From NCBI GenBank assembly GCA_937952085.1, contig CALFYQ010000101.1, forward strand, positions 1-58,619: a stretch of DNA of 58,619 nt. The letters run 5' to 3'. Origin of the DNA: an uncultured Rhodobacteraceae bacterium (GTDB lineage: Bacteria; Pseudomonadota; Alphaproteobacteria; Rhodobacterales; Rhodobacteraceae). This document shows positions 18,743-26,856 of the stretch, in pieces; within the stretch, counting starts at the first letter, position 1; every line of letters begins with the position of its first letter. The position numbers and the translations under genes are program-made. The notes beneath the pieces were generated by a model that did no database searches, was not told where the DNA came from, and was given only the letters and a program-made list of their open reading frames with translations.

Positions 18743-19683
18743 TCCGGGCGCGTCGTGAGTTCGAGCGACGCGCGCTGGAGCGCGCCTTCACTCCGCGCCC
18801 CGGCGGTGAGCCGGGCGCCCGCGAAGCCGTCGGCCGCGCCGAGCCGCTGCGCCAGCGCCGCCGCATCCGGCGCCGCGAAATCGCCGGAGACGCGGCCGGG
18901 CCGGATCGTGAGGCGGAGCGCATGGGCGCCGTCGGGCGTCGCCGCGGCGAGGCGGGCGAGGCTTTCCGCCGCCGGCGGCGCGGCCCGCAGCATCGCCGCC
19001 CCCGCCGCCGCGGCCCGGATCGGCGCCGCCTCCGTCTCCCGCGCCGCCGCCGCGGCCTCCGCCTCGGCCTCGGCGCGGTCGAGCGCGGCGCGCGCGGCGT
19101 CGAGCTGGGCCGTCGCCTCCACCTCCCGCGCGGCGCCGGCGTATTCGGCCGAACCCGCCGCCGCCAGCGCCGCGAGCAGGAGCGCCGCGAGCGCGATGAT
19201 CGGGCCTTTCGGCCGCGCCGCGCCGAGCGCGAGGGGCGCGCCCGAGACGAGCGCGAAGGCCGGGCCCGGCCGGGCGCCACGCGCCGCCACGGCGGCCTGA
19301 AGCTCCGCGAGCCGCGCCTTCGGGGCCGCGGCGAACCGGAAACGCGCCGTCTCGCCCCAGGGCGCCGGCGCCGGGGCTAGCGCCCAATCGGCGGTTTCAA
19401 GCGGGAAGGGTGAGCGCCGCGCCGCCTCGATCCGCGCCGCGCCGAGCCCGTGCTTCGCCACCGCCGCCGGCGTCTCAAGCTCGAGCGCCAGCGCCTGCTC
19501 GTCGGAGAGGAGAAGCGGCGCCCAGTCCCCCGGCGCGGCCGGCCGCGCGAACTCGTAGCCGCCAGGGCCGAGGCGCATCAGCGCCGGCCCGTCCGGCCCC
19601 ACGGCGAGCGCGGATCGCGGCGGCGAGGCGGGGGCGAGCCCGTCCCAGACCTCGCCGAGCCAGCGAAGAAGGTCGCCGATCAT
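18739..19683 (-). CDS. GspL/PilN-like T2SS protein
   Basis: RRSPFP cytoplasmic motif, central TM, coiled coil, LARLAAATPD..ALRL PilN-like end. Confidence 0.6.
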   Translation of the reverse strand: MIGDLLRWLGEVWDGLAPASPPRSALAVGPDGPALMRLGPGGYEFARPAAPGDWAPLLLSDEQALALELETPAAVAKHGLGAARIEAARRSPFPLETADWALAPAPAPWGETARFRFAAAPKARLAELQAAVAARGARPGPAFALVSGAPLALGAARPKGPIIALAALLLAALAAAGSAEYAGAAREVEATAQLDAARAALDRAEAEAEAAAAARETEAAPIRAAAAGAAMLRAAPPAAESLARLAAATPDGAHALRLTIRPGRVSGDFAAPDAAALAQRLGAADGFAGARLTAGARSEGALQRASLELTTRPE

Positions 19684-19771
19684 CGCCGCCGCTCCCGAAG
19701 CGCCGCCAGCCGGCGCCCGGCCATGATAGGCGGGGGCGGCGGACCGTCCAGCCCCCGGAGGCGAGGAAAAC

Positions 19772-21010
19772 TCAGCCGGCCAGCCGCGCCGGCTCCGGCT
19801 CGAAGGCGTCGATCTCGCAGCGGCGCACGAAGATCTCGATCGGCTCCGGCACGCCCGTCAGGCTCTGCAGCCCGACGCTGGTCCAGCGCTCGGGCTCGAT
19901 ATGGGCGATCTCCTTCGTCACCAGCACCGAGCGGCCGATCGCCTTCGAGGCGTCATCCATCCGCGCCACCTCGTTCACCACGGGCCCGATCACCGAGAAG
20001 GAGAGCCGTGAGGGCACGCCGATATTCCCGAACATCACCTCGCCGGCCGCCATCGAGACGGAGAAGCGGAGCGGAAGGTCGGGGTTCGCCTCCATCTTCT
20101 CGCCGCGAAGGACGAGGGCCTTCTCCATCGCCCGGACGGCGGCGCGCGTCGCCTCCGGCCCGCCGAGATCGCCTTCGACCGGGAAGATCGCCAGCACCGC
20201 GTCGCCGACATAGTCGAGAATCTCGCCGCCCTCGTCGATCACCGGCTGCGCCACGCAGTCGAAATAGGTCTTGAGAAGGGCGAGGTATTCGTCCGAGTCC
20301 ATGCTCTCGGAGATCTGCGTCGAGTTCCGCAGGTCCGCGTAGTAGACGACGGCGCGGATCTTCGAGCCGTCGCCGCGGCGAATCTTGCCGGAAAGCGCCC
20401 GCATCCCGGCGGTGCGGCCGAGATAGGCGGTGACGAGGTTCTCCGTCACGCGCTGCTGGATCGCCACCCGGCAGGCCACGGCGAAGCTTCGCTGGATCCG
20501 GTTCAGCGCCTCGAGATCGCCCGGGCTGAAGCCGCTTTCCCGCCGCGTCGCCCAGGAGGCCATGATGCCCGAGCCGCGCATCGCCGATTCCTTCGTCTCC
20601 CCGATGCGGAAATTGGCGGCGGTCATCAGGTAGTCGGTGAACCCCTGCGCCTTGAACTCGTGCAGCACATCGAAATCGAGAAGCGCGTTCTCGCCGACGA
20701 GGCGCCGGCGCAGCCGGTCCAGCCGGTGCGTCAGCACGTGGTAGAACGGGCTGCGGAGCCAGCCCTCGGTCGCCTGGTTGGCGTGCGAATATTGCAGCAG
20801 CTTCGCGCCGTCGTCCGGGTTCCAGAAGATCTGCTCCGCCTGGAAGAGCGGGTGCAGCGTCGGCCAGGTCAGCGCCGCCCGGTGGAGCGGGATGCCGACC
20901 CCGACCAGCCGGTCGCAAAGCTGCTGGAACAGCCGCTCGATATCCGGTTCGCCAAGCGACTGATCGATCAGCCAGCTCTCGACCGCTTCAATGAGACCCT
21001 CATGCGCCAT
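19772..21010 (-). CDS. Class III nucleotidyl (adenylate/guanylate) cyclase with N-terminal sensor region
   Basis: YADLRNST, DYVGDAVLAIF, FGNIG, VIGPVVNEVAR; ATG at 21010. Confidence 0.92.
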   Translation of the reverse strand: MAHEGLIEAVESWLIDQSLGEPDIERLFQQLCDRLVGVGIPLHRAALTWPTLHPLFQAEQIFWNPDDGAKLLQYSHANQATEGWLRSPFYHVLTHRLDRLRRRLVGENALLDFDVLHEFKAQGFTDYLMTAANFRIGETKESAMRGSGIMASWATRRESGFSPGDLEALNRIQRSFAVACRVAIQQRVTENLVTAYLGRTAGMRALSGKIRRGDGSKIRAVVYYADLRNSTQISESMDSDEYLALLKTYFDCVAQPVIDEGGEILDYVGDAVLAIFPVEGDLGGPEATRAAVRAMEKALVLRGEKMEANPDLPLRFSVSMAAGEVMFGNIGVPSRLSFSVIGPVVNEVARMDDASKAIGRSVLVTKEIAHIEPERWTSVGLQSLTGVPEPIEIFVRRCEIDAFEPEPARLAG

Positions 21011-21086
21011 CGCGGCAAAATAGGGCCTCGCGCGCGCGCGCGCCAGCCTCCGTTCGTTGATCGTTCGCGACCGTGACGGCGACGCC

Positions 21087-21971
21087 TCAGACGAGGCCGA
21101 GCCCCGCCAGCGCCGCCCGAACCTCTTCCTTCTCGGCCGCGGTCGCCGGCGAGGTCGGCTTCCGCGCAAGCCCGGCGGGGACGCCCTGAAGCCCCTGCGC
21201 GTATTTCACGAGGCTCGGCATGTTCGGCTTGCCCACTGCGTCCCAGACGGGCATCAGCCGCTCGTGAAGATCCCGCGCCGTCTCGTGGTCGCCGGCCTGC
21301 GCGGCGTCCCAGAGCTTTCGCGAAGGGCCGGGCGCGGCGGTCAGGATCGCCGCGATCGAGCCGACAGCGCCGAGCATGTAGGACGGGTAGAGAAGCGCGT
21401 CGACCGCCGAGAAGATCCGGTTCCGCGGCTTCGCCCGGCGCATCAGGTCGGCGAAAAGCTTCATGTCGCCGGCGCTCTGCTTCACGCCGGCGACGCCGGG
21501 AACCTCGTCCATGATGCGGAGGAGGAGATCGGGCGAGAGATAGCACCAGGGCACCACGTTGTAGATCAGGATCGGCAGCCCGCTCGCCGCATGGATCTCG
21601 CGGAAATGCGCCACCATCGCGTCGTCGTCCGGTCGGAAGAGATAATGCGGCGGCGTCACCTGGAGCGCGACGACGCCGAGCCCCTTCACGAGATCGCCCC
21701 GCGTCGCGACCTCGCCGGTGGAGTTGGCGACGATGCCGGCGACGACCGGCACGCGCCCCGCCGCCGCCTCGACGGTGGAATGGATCAGCTCCTGATATTC
21801 CGCCCGGTCGAGCGCGTGGCCCTCGCCGGTGGAGCCGCCCGCGGCGACGCCGTGGACGCCTTCATCGATCAGCCAGTCGAGCTGCGGCTTCACCGCTCCG
21901 AAATCGATGCGGTCGTCCGCCTGAAACGGCGTCGTGAACGGCGCGACGACGCCGAAGAGATTGTCGAGCAT
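21087..21971 (-). CDS. DapA/NAL-family aldolase
   Basis: TPF, GSTGE, IYN, Schiff-base Lys in GVKQS. Confidence 0.9.
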   Translation of the reverse strand: MLDNLFGVVAPFTTPFQADDRIDFGAVKPQLDWLIDEGVHGVAAGGSTGEGHALDRAEYQELIHSTVEAAAGRVPVVAGIVANSTGEVATRGDLVKGLGVVALQVTPPHYLFRPDDDAMVAHFREIHAASGLPILIYNVVPWCYLSPDLLLRIMDEVPGVAGVKQSAGDMKLFADLMRRAKPRNRIFSAVDALLYPSYMLGAVGSIAAILTAAPGPSRKLWDAAQAGDHETARDLHERLMPVWDAVGKPNMPSLVKYAQGLQGVPAGLARKPTSPATAAEKEEVRAALAGLGLV

Positions 21972-22046
21972 GGCGTTTCCCCAGAAGTTTTCCGTAAGGT
22001 GGCCGGGCGCGGACGCGCCGTCCAGCGCGGAAACGGGGAGGCGGAC

Positions 22047-22454
22047 ATGCAGTTCATCAAGGCCGGGTCGCGGCCGTCTAAACAGGCGCCAGCGGACAAG
22101 TTCGTCGGAACCGTCTGGCAGGACCCGATCGCGGTGCCGCCGGAGCCGGCGCGCGCGCACCTCCTCCGCGTCGCCTTCGAGCCGGGCGCCCGCACCAATT
22201 GGCACTTCCACCCGCTCGGGCAGACGCTCCATGTCATCCAGGGCGCCGGCCTCTTCGGCCTCCGCGGCGAGGCCCCGCGCCGCTTCATGCCCGGCGACAC
22301 GATCTGGATTCCGCCCGGGCTCGAGCACTGGCATGGCGCGCAGCCCGACAAGGGCATGGTCCACCTCGCGCTCCAGGAGGCGGTGGATGGATCAACGTCG
22401 ACCTGGCTCGATCCGGTGAGCGACGAGGATTATCTGCGAGAACCGGTCGGGTAG
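22047..22454 (+). CDS. Small cupin (hydroxynitrile-lyase/QdoI-like family)
   Basis: FEPGARTNWHFHPLGQTL, IPPGLEHWHGA; GGAGG RBS. Confidence 0.9.
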   Translation: MQFIKAGSRPSKQAPADKFVGTVWQDPIAVPPEPARAHLLRVAFEPGARTNWHFHPLGQTLHVIQGAGLFGLRGEAPRRFMPGDTIWIPPGLEHWHGAQPDKGMVHLALQEAVDGSTSTWLDPVSDEDYLREPVG

Positions 22455-22467
22455 GGGCCGCCGGCCC

Positions 22468-25287
22468 TCAATGCGCCTCCGCCCAGCTCCGCCCCCGCCC
22501 CGCATCCACCACCAGCGGCGTGGAAAGCGCGACGGCGGGGAGGTTCGCCGTCTCCATCGCGTCGCGGACGATCTCCACCGTCCGGTCCGCCTCGGCTTCC
22601 GGAACTTCGAAGATCAGCTCGTCATGGACCTGCAGAAGCATCCGGCCGCTCAGCTTCGCTTTCGCCATCGCGCCGGGGATGCGGATCATCGCGCGGCGGA
22701 TCACGTCGGCGGCCGAGCCCTGGATCGGTGCGTTGATCGCGGCGCGCTGCTGGAAGCCGCCCATCGGCCCCTTGGCGTTGATCTCGGGCGTGTGGATGCG
22801 GCGGCCGAAGACCGTCTCGACATAGCCCTGCGCCTTCGCGGTGGCGACGGTCGCGTCCATGTAGGCGCGGATGCCGGGGAACTTCTGGAAATAGGAGTCG
22901 ATAAAGGCCTTCGCCTCCTCCCGCGGGATCCTCAGGTTGTTGGCGAGCCCGAAGGCGGAAATACCGTAGATCACGCCAAAATTGATAGCCTTGGCGCGGC
23001 GCCGGATCATCGGATCCATGCCTTCGACCGGCACGCCGAACATCTCCGAGGCGGTGGCCGCGTGAATGTCGAGCCCCTTGGCGAAGGCGTCCTTCAACGC
23101 CGCGATGTCGGCGATATGGGCGAGGAGGCGGAGTTCGATCTGGCTGTAGTCGAGCGAGATGAGGATGTTCCCCTCGTCGGCGACGAAGGCCTCGCGGATG
23201 CGGCGGCCCTCCTCCGAGCGCACCGGAATGTTCTGGAGGTTCGGGTCGGTCGAGGCGAGGCGCCCGGTGCTCGCCCCGGCGATGGAATAGGAAGTGTGGA
23301 CGCGCCCGGTCTCTGGGTTGATGTGTTCCTGCAAGGCGTCGGTGTAAGTGCCTTTCAATTTTGAAAGCTGACGCCAGTCCAGCACCCGCGCCGGCAGCTC
23401 ATGCCCTTCGGCGGCGAGCGTCTCCAGCACGTCCGCCCCGGTGGCGTAGGCGCCGGTCTTGCCCTTCTTGCCGCCTTCGAGTCCCATCTTGCCGAAGAGG
23501 ATGTCGCCCAGCTGCTTCGGCGAGCCGACATTGAAGCTCTCCCCCGCAAGTTCGTGGATCTCGGCCTCGAGGCCCGCCATCTTCTGCGCGAAGGCGCTGG
23601 AGAGGCGGGAGAGGATCGAGCGGTCCACCTTCACGCCGGCGCGCTCCATCTCGGCCAGGACCGGCACGAGCGGGCGCTCCATCGTCTCGTAGACGCGCGT
23701 CACCCGGTTCTTCACGAGGCCCGGCTTCAAGGCTTTCCAGAGCCGGAAGGTCACGTCGGCGTCCTCCGCCGCATAGCGGGCGGCGGGTTCGATCGGCGTC
23801 TTGTCGAAGGTGATCTGGCTCTTGCCGGAGCCGATCAGCTCCTTGATCGGGATCGGCTTGTGGCCGAGCCACCGCTCCGAAAGCGCGTCCATCCCGTGCC
23901 CGCCGAGCCCGGCCTCCTGCGCGTAGGAGAGGAGCAGCGTATCGTCGAAGGGCTCGACCCGAACGCCATGTCTCAGAAGCACCTTGTAGTCGTACTTCAT
24001 GTTCTGCGCGATCTTGAGGACGGAAGGGTCCTCCAGCATCGGCTTGAGGATCGAGAGCGCCTCTTCGAGCGGGATCTGCCCGGGCGCCCGTTCCGCCGCG
24101 CCGAGAAGGTCGCCGTCGCCGACCATGTGGCCGAGCGGGATGTAGGCCGCCCGTCCGGGCGCGAGGGCGAGGGAGACGCCGACCAGTTCCGCCCGCATCT
24201 CGTCGAGCGAGGTGGTTTCGGTGTCCACCGCCACCTCACCGCGCTCATGGGCCGCGGCGACCCAGCCCCGCAGGGCTTCCGCGTCGCGGACGATCTCGTA
24301 GGCGGACGGGTCGATCGGCGCCGGCGGCTCGGCTTCGGCTGGCGCGGCGGCCTCCTGCGCGGGCGCGGCGGATGCGGCCGGCCGCTCGATCCCGAACGTC
24401 TCGGAGACGCGCCGGGTGATCGTGTTGAAATCCATCTCGCGGAGAAAGCCGATCAGCGGCTCCGCCTCCGGCTTCCGCCGGACGAGCTCGTCATAGGCGG
24501 GCAGGCCCTTCGCGTCGTCGTCAAGCGTGACCAGCCGTTTCGAGACGCGGATCTGCTCGGCGTTGTCGATCAGGGTCTGGCGCCGCTTCGGCTGCTTGAT
24601 CTCCTCGGCGCGGGCGAGGAGGGTTTCGAGGTCGCCGTATTCGCCGATGAGCTGGGCGGCGGTCTTGATTCCGATGCCGGGGGCGCCCGGCACGTTGTCG
24701 ACCGAGTCGCCCGAGAGCGCCTGCACGTCGATCACCTTCTCGGGCGGGACGCCGAACTTCTCCCTCACCTCGTCGGGGCCGATCGGCTCGTCCGGCTTGC
24801 CGGCGAGGCCGGGCTTCAGCAGCCGCACGCCGGGGCGGACCAGCTGCATCAGGTCCTTGTCGGAGGAGACGATGGTGACGTCTGCGCCCCCCTCGGCGGC
24901 GATCCGGGCGTAGGTGGCGATGATGTCGTCCGCCTCGTAGCCCTCAAGCTCGATGCAGGGGAGGTTGAAGGCGCGGGTCGCGTCGCGGATCAGGCCGAAC
25001 TGGGGGCGGAGGTCCTCCGGCGGCTCGGGCCGGTGCGCCTTGTATTCGGGGTAGAAGTCGTTCCGGAAGGTCTTCGAGGAATGGTCGAAGATGACGGCGA
25101 GATGGGTCGGCTCCGCGTCGCCCTTCAGCCCCTCCAGCATCTTGAAGAGCATGTTGCAGAAGCCGGAGACGGCGCCGACCGGAAGGCCGTCGGACTTCCG
25201 CGTCAGCGGCGGCAGCGCGTGATAGGCCCGGAAGATGAAGCCGGAGCCGTCCACGAGATAGAGATGGTCGGCCTTGCTGGGGGGCAT
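22468..25287 (-). CDS. polA: DNA polymerase I
   Basis: 5'-3' exonuclease VDGSGFIFRAYHA; 3'-5' exonuclease DTET, NMKYD, YAAED; polymerase DYSQIELR, KAINFG, QVHDE. Confidence 0.99.
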   Translation of the reverse strand: MPPSKADHLYLVDGSGFIFRAYHALPPLTRKSDGLPVGAVSGFCNMLFKMLEGLKGDAEPTHLAVIFDHSSKTFRNDFYPEYKAHRPEPPEDLRPQFGLIRDATRAFNLPCIELEGYEADDIIATYARIAAEGGADVTIVSSDKDLMQLVRPGVRLLKPGLAGKPDEPIGPDEVREKFGVPPEKVIDVQALSGDSVDNVPGAPGIGIKTAAQLIGEYGDLETLLARAEEIKQPKRRQTLIDNAEQIRVSKRLVTLDDDAKGLPAYDELVRRKPEAEPLIGFLREMDFNTITRRVSETFGIERPAASAAPAQEAAAPAEAEPPAPIDPSAYEIVRDAEALRGWVAAAHERGEVAVDTETTSLDEMRAELVGVSLALAPGRAAYIPLGHMVGDGDLLGAAERAPGQIPLEEALSILKPMLEDPSVLKIAQNMKYDYKVLLRHGVRVEPFDDTLLLSYAQEAGLGGHGMDALSERWLGHKPIPIKELIGSGKSQITFDKTPIEPAARYAAEDADVTFRLWKALKPGLVKNRVTRVYETMERPLVPVLAEMERAGVKVDRSILSRLSSAFAQKMAGLEAEIHELAGESFNVGSPKQLGDILFGKMGLEGGKKGKTGAYATGADVLETLAAEGHELPARVLDWRQLSKLKGTYTDALQEHINPETGRVHTSYSIAGASTGRLASTDPNLQNIPVRSEEGRRIREAFVADEGNILISLDYSQIELRLLAHIADIAALKDAFAKGLDIHAATASEMFGVPVEGMDPMIRRRAKAINFGVIYGISAFGLANNLRIPREEAKAFIDSYFQKFPGIRAYMDATVATAKAQGYVETVFGRRIHTPEINAKGPMGGFQQRAAINAPIQGSAADVIRRAMIRIPGAMAKAKLSGRMLLQVHDELIFEVPEAEADRTVEIVRDAMETANLPAVALSTPLVVDAGRGRSWAEAH

Positions 25288-25643
25288 GTTCGGTCTCCGG
25301 GTCGGGCGGCCGGAGCATGGCCCGGCGGAGGGGGCGGCTCAAGGGCGGGGCGGCGGGCTCTGGCCGGATGCGGTCAGGGGGCGCCGCGGAATCTCACCCT
25401 TGTCGCCCTTGAGCGACGTCGGAAGGGAGCCCTGGCCCGATCTTGAGAGCGACGGCCCTGGCTCACCCCGCTTCGGCCTCCGCGTTTGCTCCCGGCCGAC
25501 GGACCGGGTGTTCTTCCACCGGAAGGCCGCTGATCCGACTCGGGGGGAAGGGGGGCGTCGCGCCTCGACGGCCCGGCGAGGGCGTATCAAGGTTGATAAC
25601 GTAGCTATCTGTCTGAAGTATAAAAGATAAACGAAAATCGGCT

Positions 25644-26252
25644 TCAGCCGAACATCTTCCGCGCGAGAAGCACCCGGAGCGCGCAGGAGAGAAAGCAGAG
25701 CGCGCCGAAGGCCCAGGCGAGGGGCGGGAACCAGCCGGGGGCGAGGCAGAAGAGGACGAAGAGCGCGATGGTCTCGCCGCCTTCGAGGAGGCCGGCGGAA
25801 TAGTAGAGCGTCTTCGCCCCCTGCGCGCGCGTCTCCATCCCCTTCCGCTCGGCGATGGCGGCGAAGGCGAGAAAGCTCGCGCCGTTGGCGTAGAAGCTAG
25901 CGAGGAGGAAGCCGCCCGCCGCGCCGTTCGCCGCCGGATCGGCGAGGACGAAGCCGAGCGGGATCGCGCCGTAGACGACGAAGTCGCAGACGATGTCGAG
26001 GAGGCCGCCGACGGCGCTGCCGCCGCCCCGGGCGCGGGCGACCGCGCCGTCCAGCCCGTCCGCCAGCCGGCCGAGGAGAAGGGGCGCCAGCGCCCATGCC
26101 GGCGCCCCGAGGGCGATCGTCCCGGCGGCCAGGAGGCCGAGCGCGAGGCCGACGAGGGTGATCGCGTCGGGATGCGCGCCCAAGGCGGCGAGACGCCGGC
26201 CGGCCCGGTTCAGCGGCGGATCGATCAGCGTGCGGAGCCGTGCGTCGAACAT
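25644..26252 (-). CDS. CDP-alcohol phosphatidyltransferase family (YnjF-like)
   Basis: DGLDGAVAR...GGLLDIVCD signature. Confidence 0.88.
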   Translation of the reverse strand: MFDARLRTLIDPPLNRAGRRLAALGAHPDAITLVGLALGLLAAGTIALGAPAWALAPLLLGRLADGLDGAVARARGGGSAVGGLLDIVCDFVVYGAIPLGFVLADPAANGAAGGFLLASFYANGASFLAFAAIAERKGMETRAQGAKTLYYSAGLLEGGETIALFVLFCLAPGWFPPLAWAFGALCFLSCALRVLLARKMFG

Positions 26253-26400
26253 CGCGCCGATATGCCGCCAGCTCGCCCGGAAGGCGATAGGTTCGGGCAA
26301 ACATATTGCGAGAGGCGAAGGATTCGCGCTCTCCTGCCGGCGAGGCGCGCACCCGCATCTGAACGGACGGAAAGACGCGCCCCGACTGGAGGAACCCAGC

Positions 26401-26853
26401 ATGGCGACCCTGAATATCAACGGGTCCCCGCGCGAGGTCGACGCGTCTCCGGACATGCCCCTTCTCTGGGCCATCCGCGACGTCGCCGGCCTGCCGGGGA
26501 CGAAATATGGCTGCGGCGTGGGGCTCTGCGGAGCCTGCACCGTGCATGTGAACGGCAAGGCGGAACGCTCCTGCCAGCTCACGGTCGGCGACGTCGAAGG
26601 CGCGAAGATCACCACGATCGAAGGCCTCGACCCGAAGGGCGATCATCGCGTCCAGGCCGCCTGGCGCGAGCTCAACGTGCCGCAATGCGGCTTCTGCCAG
26701 GCCGGGCAGATCATGCAGGCGGCCTCTCTCCTCGCCGAGAACCCGAAGCCGACCGACGAGGAGATCCTCGAAGCGATGGCCGGGAATGTCTGCCGCTGCG
26801 GCTGCTACCAGCGCATCGTCGCCGCGGTGCGGCTTGCGAGCACGGGGAGCTGA
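26401..26853 (+). CDS. 2Fe-2S subunit of molybdo-hydroxylase (IorA/CoxS-like)
   Basis: GCGVGLCGAC, QCGFCQAG, CRC. Confidence 0.95.
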   Translation: MATLNINGSPREVDASPDMPLLWAIRDVAGLPGTKYGCGVGLCGACTVHVNGKAERSCQLTVGDVEGAKITTIEGLDPKGDHRVQAAWRELNVPQCGFCQAGQIMQAASLLAENPKPTDEEILEAMAGNVCRCGCYQRIVAAVRLASTGS

Positions 26854-26856
26854 GCC

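Noticed and set aside
25584..25615. FNR box or dif site
   Set aside because: Half-sites are in the wrong order for TTGAT-N4-ATCAA, and there is no TTATG-type XerD arm
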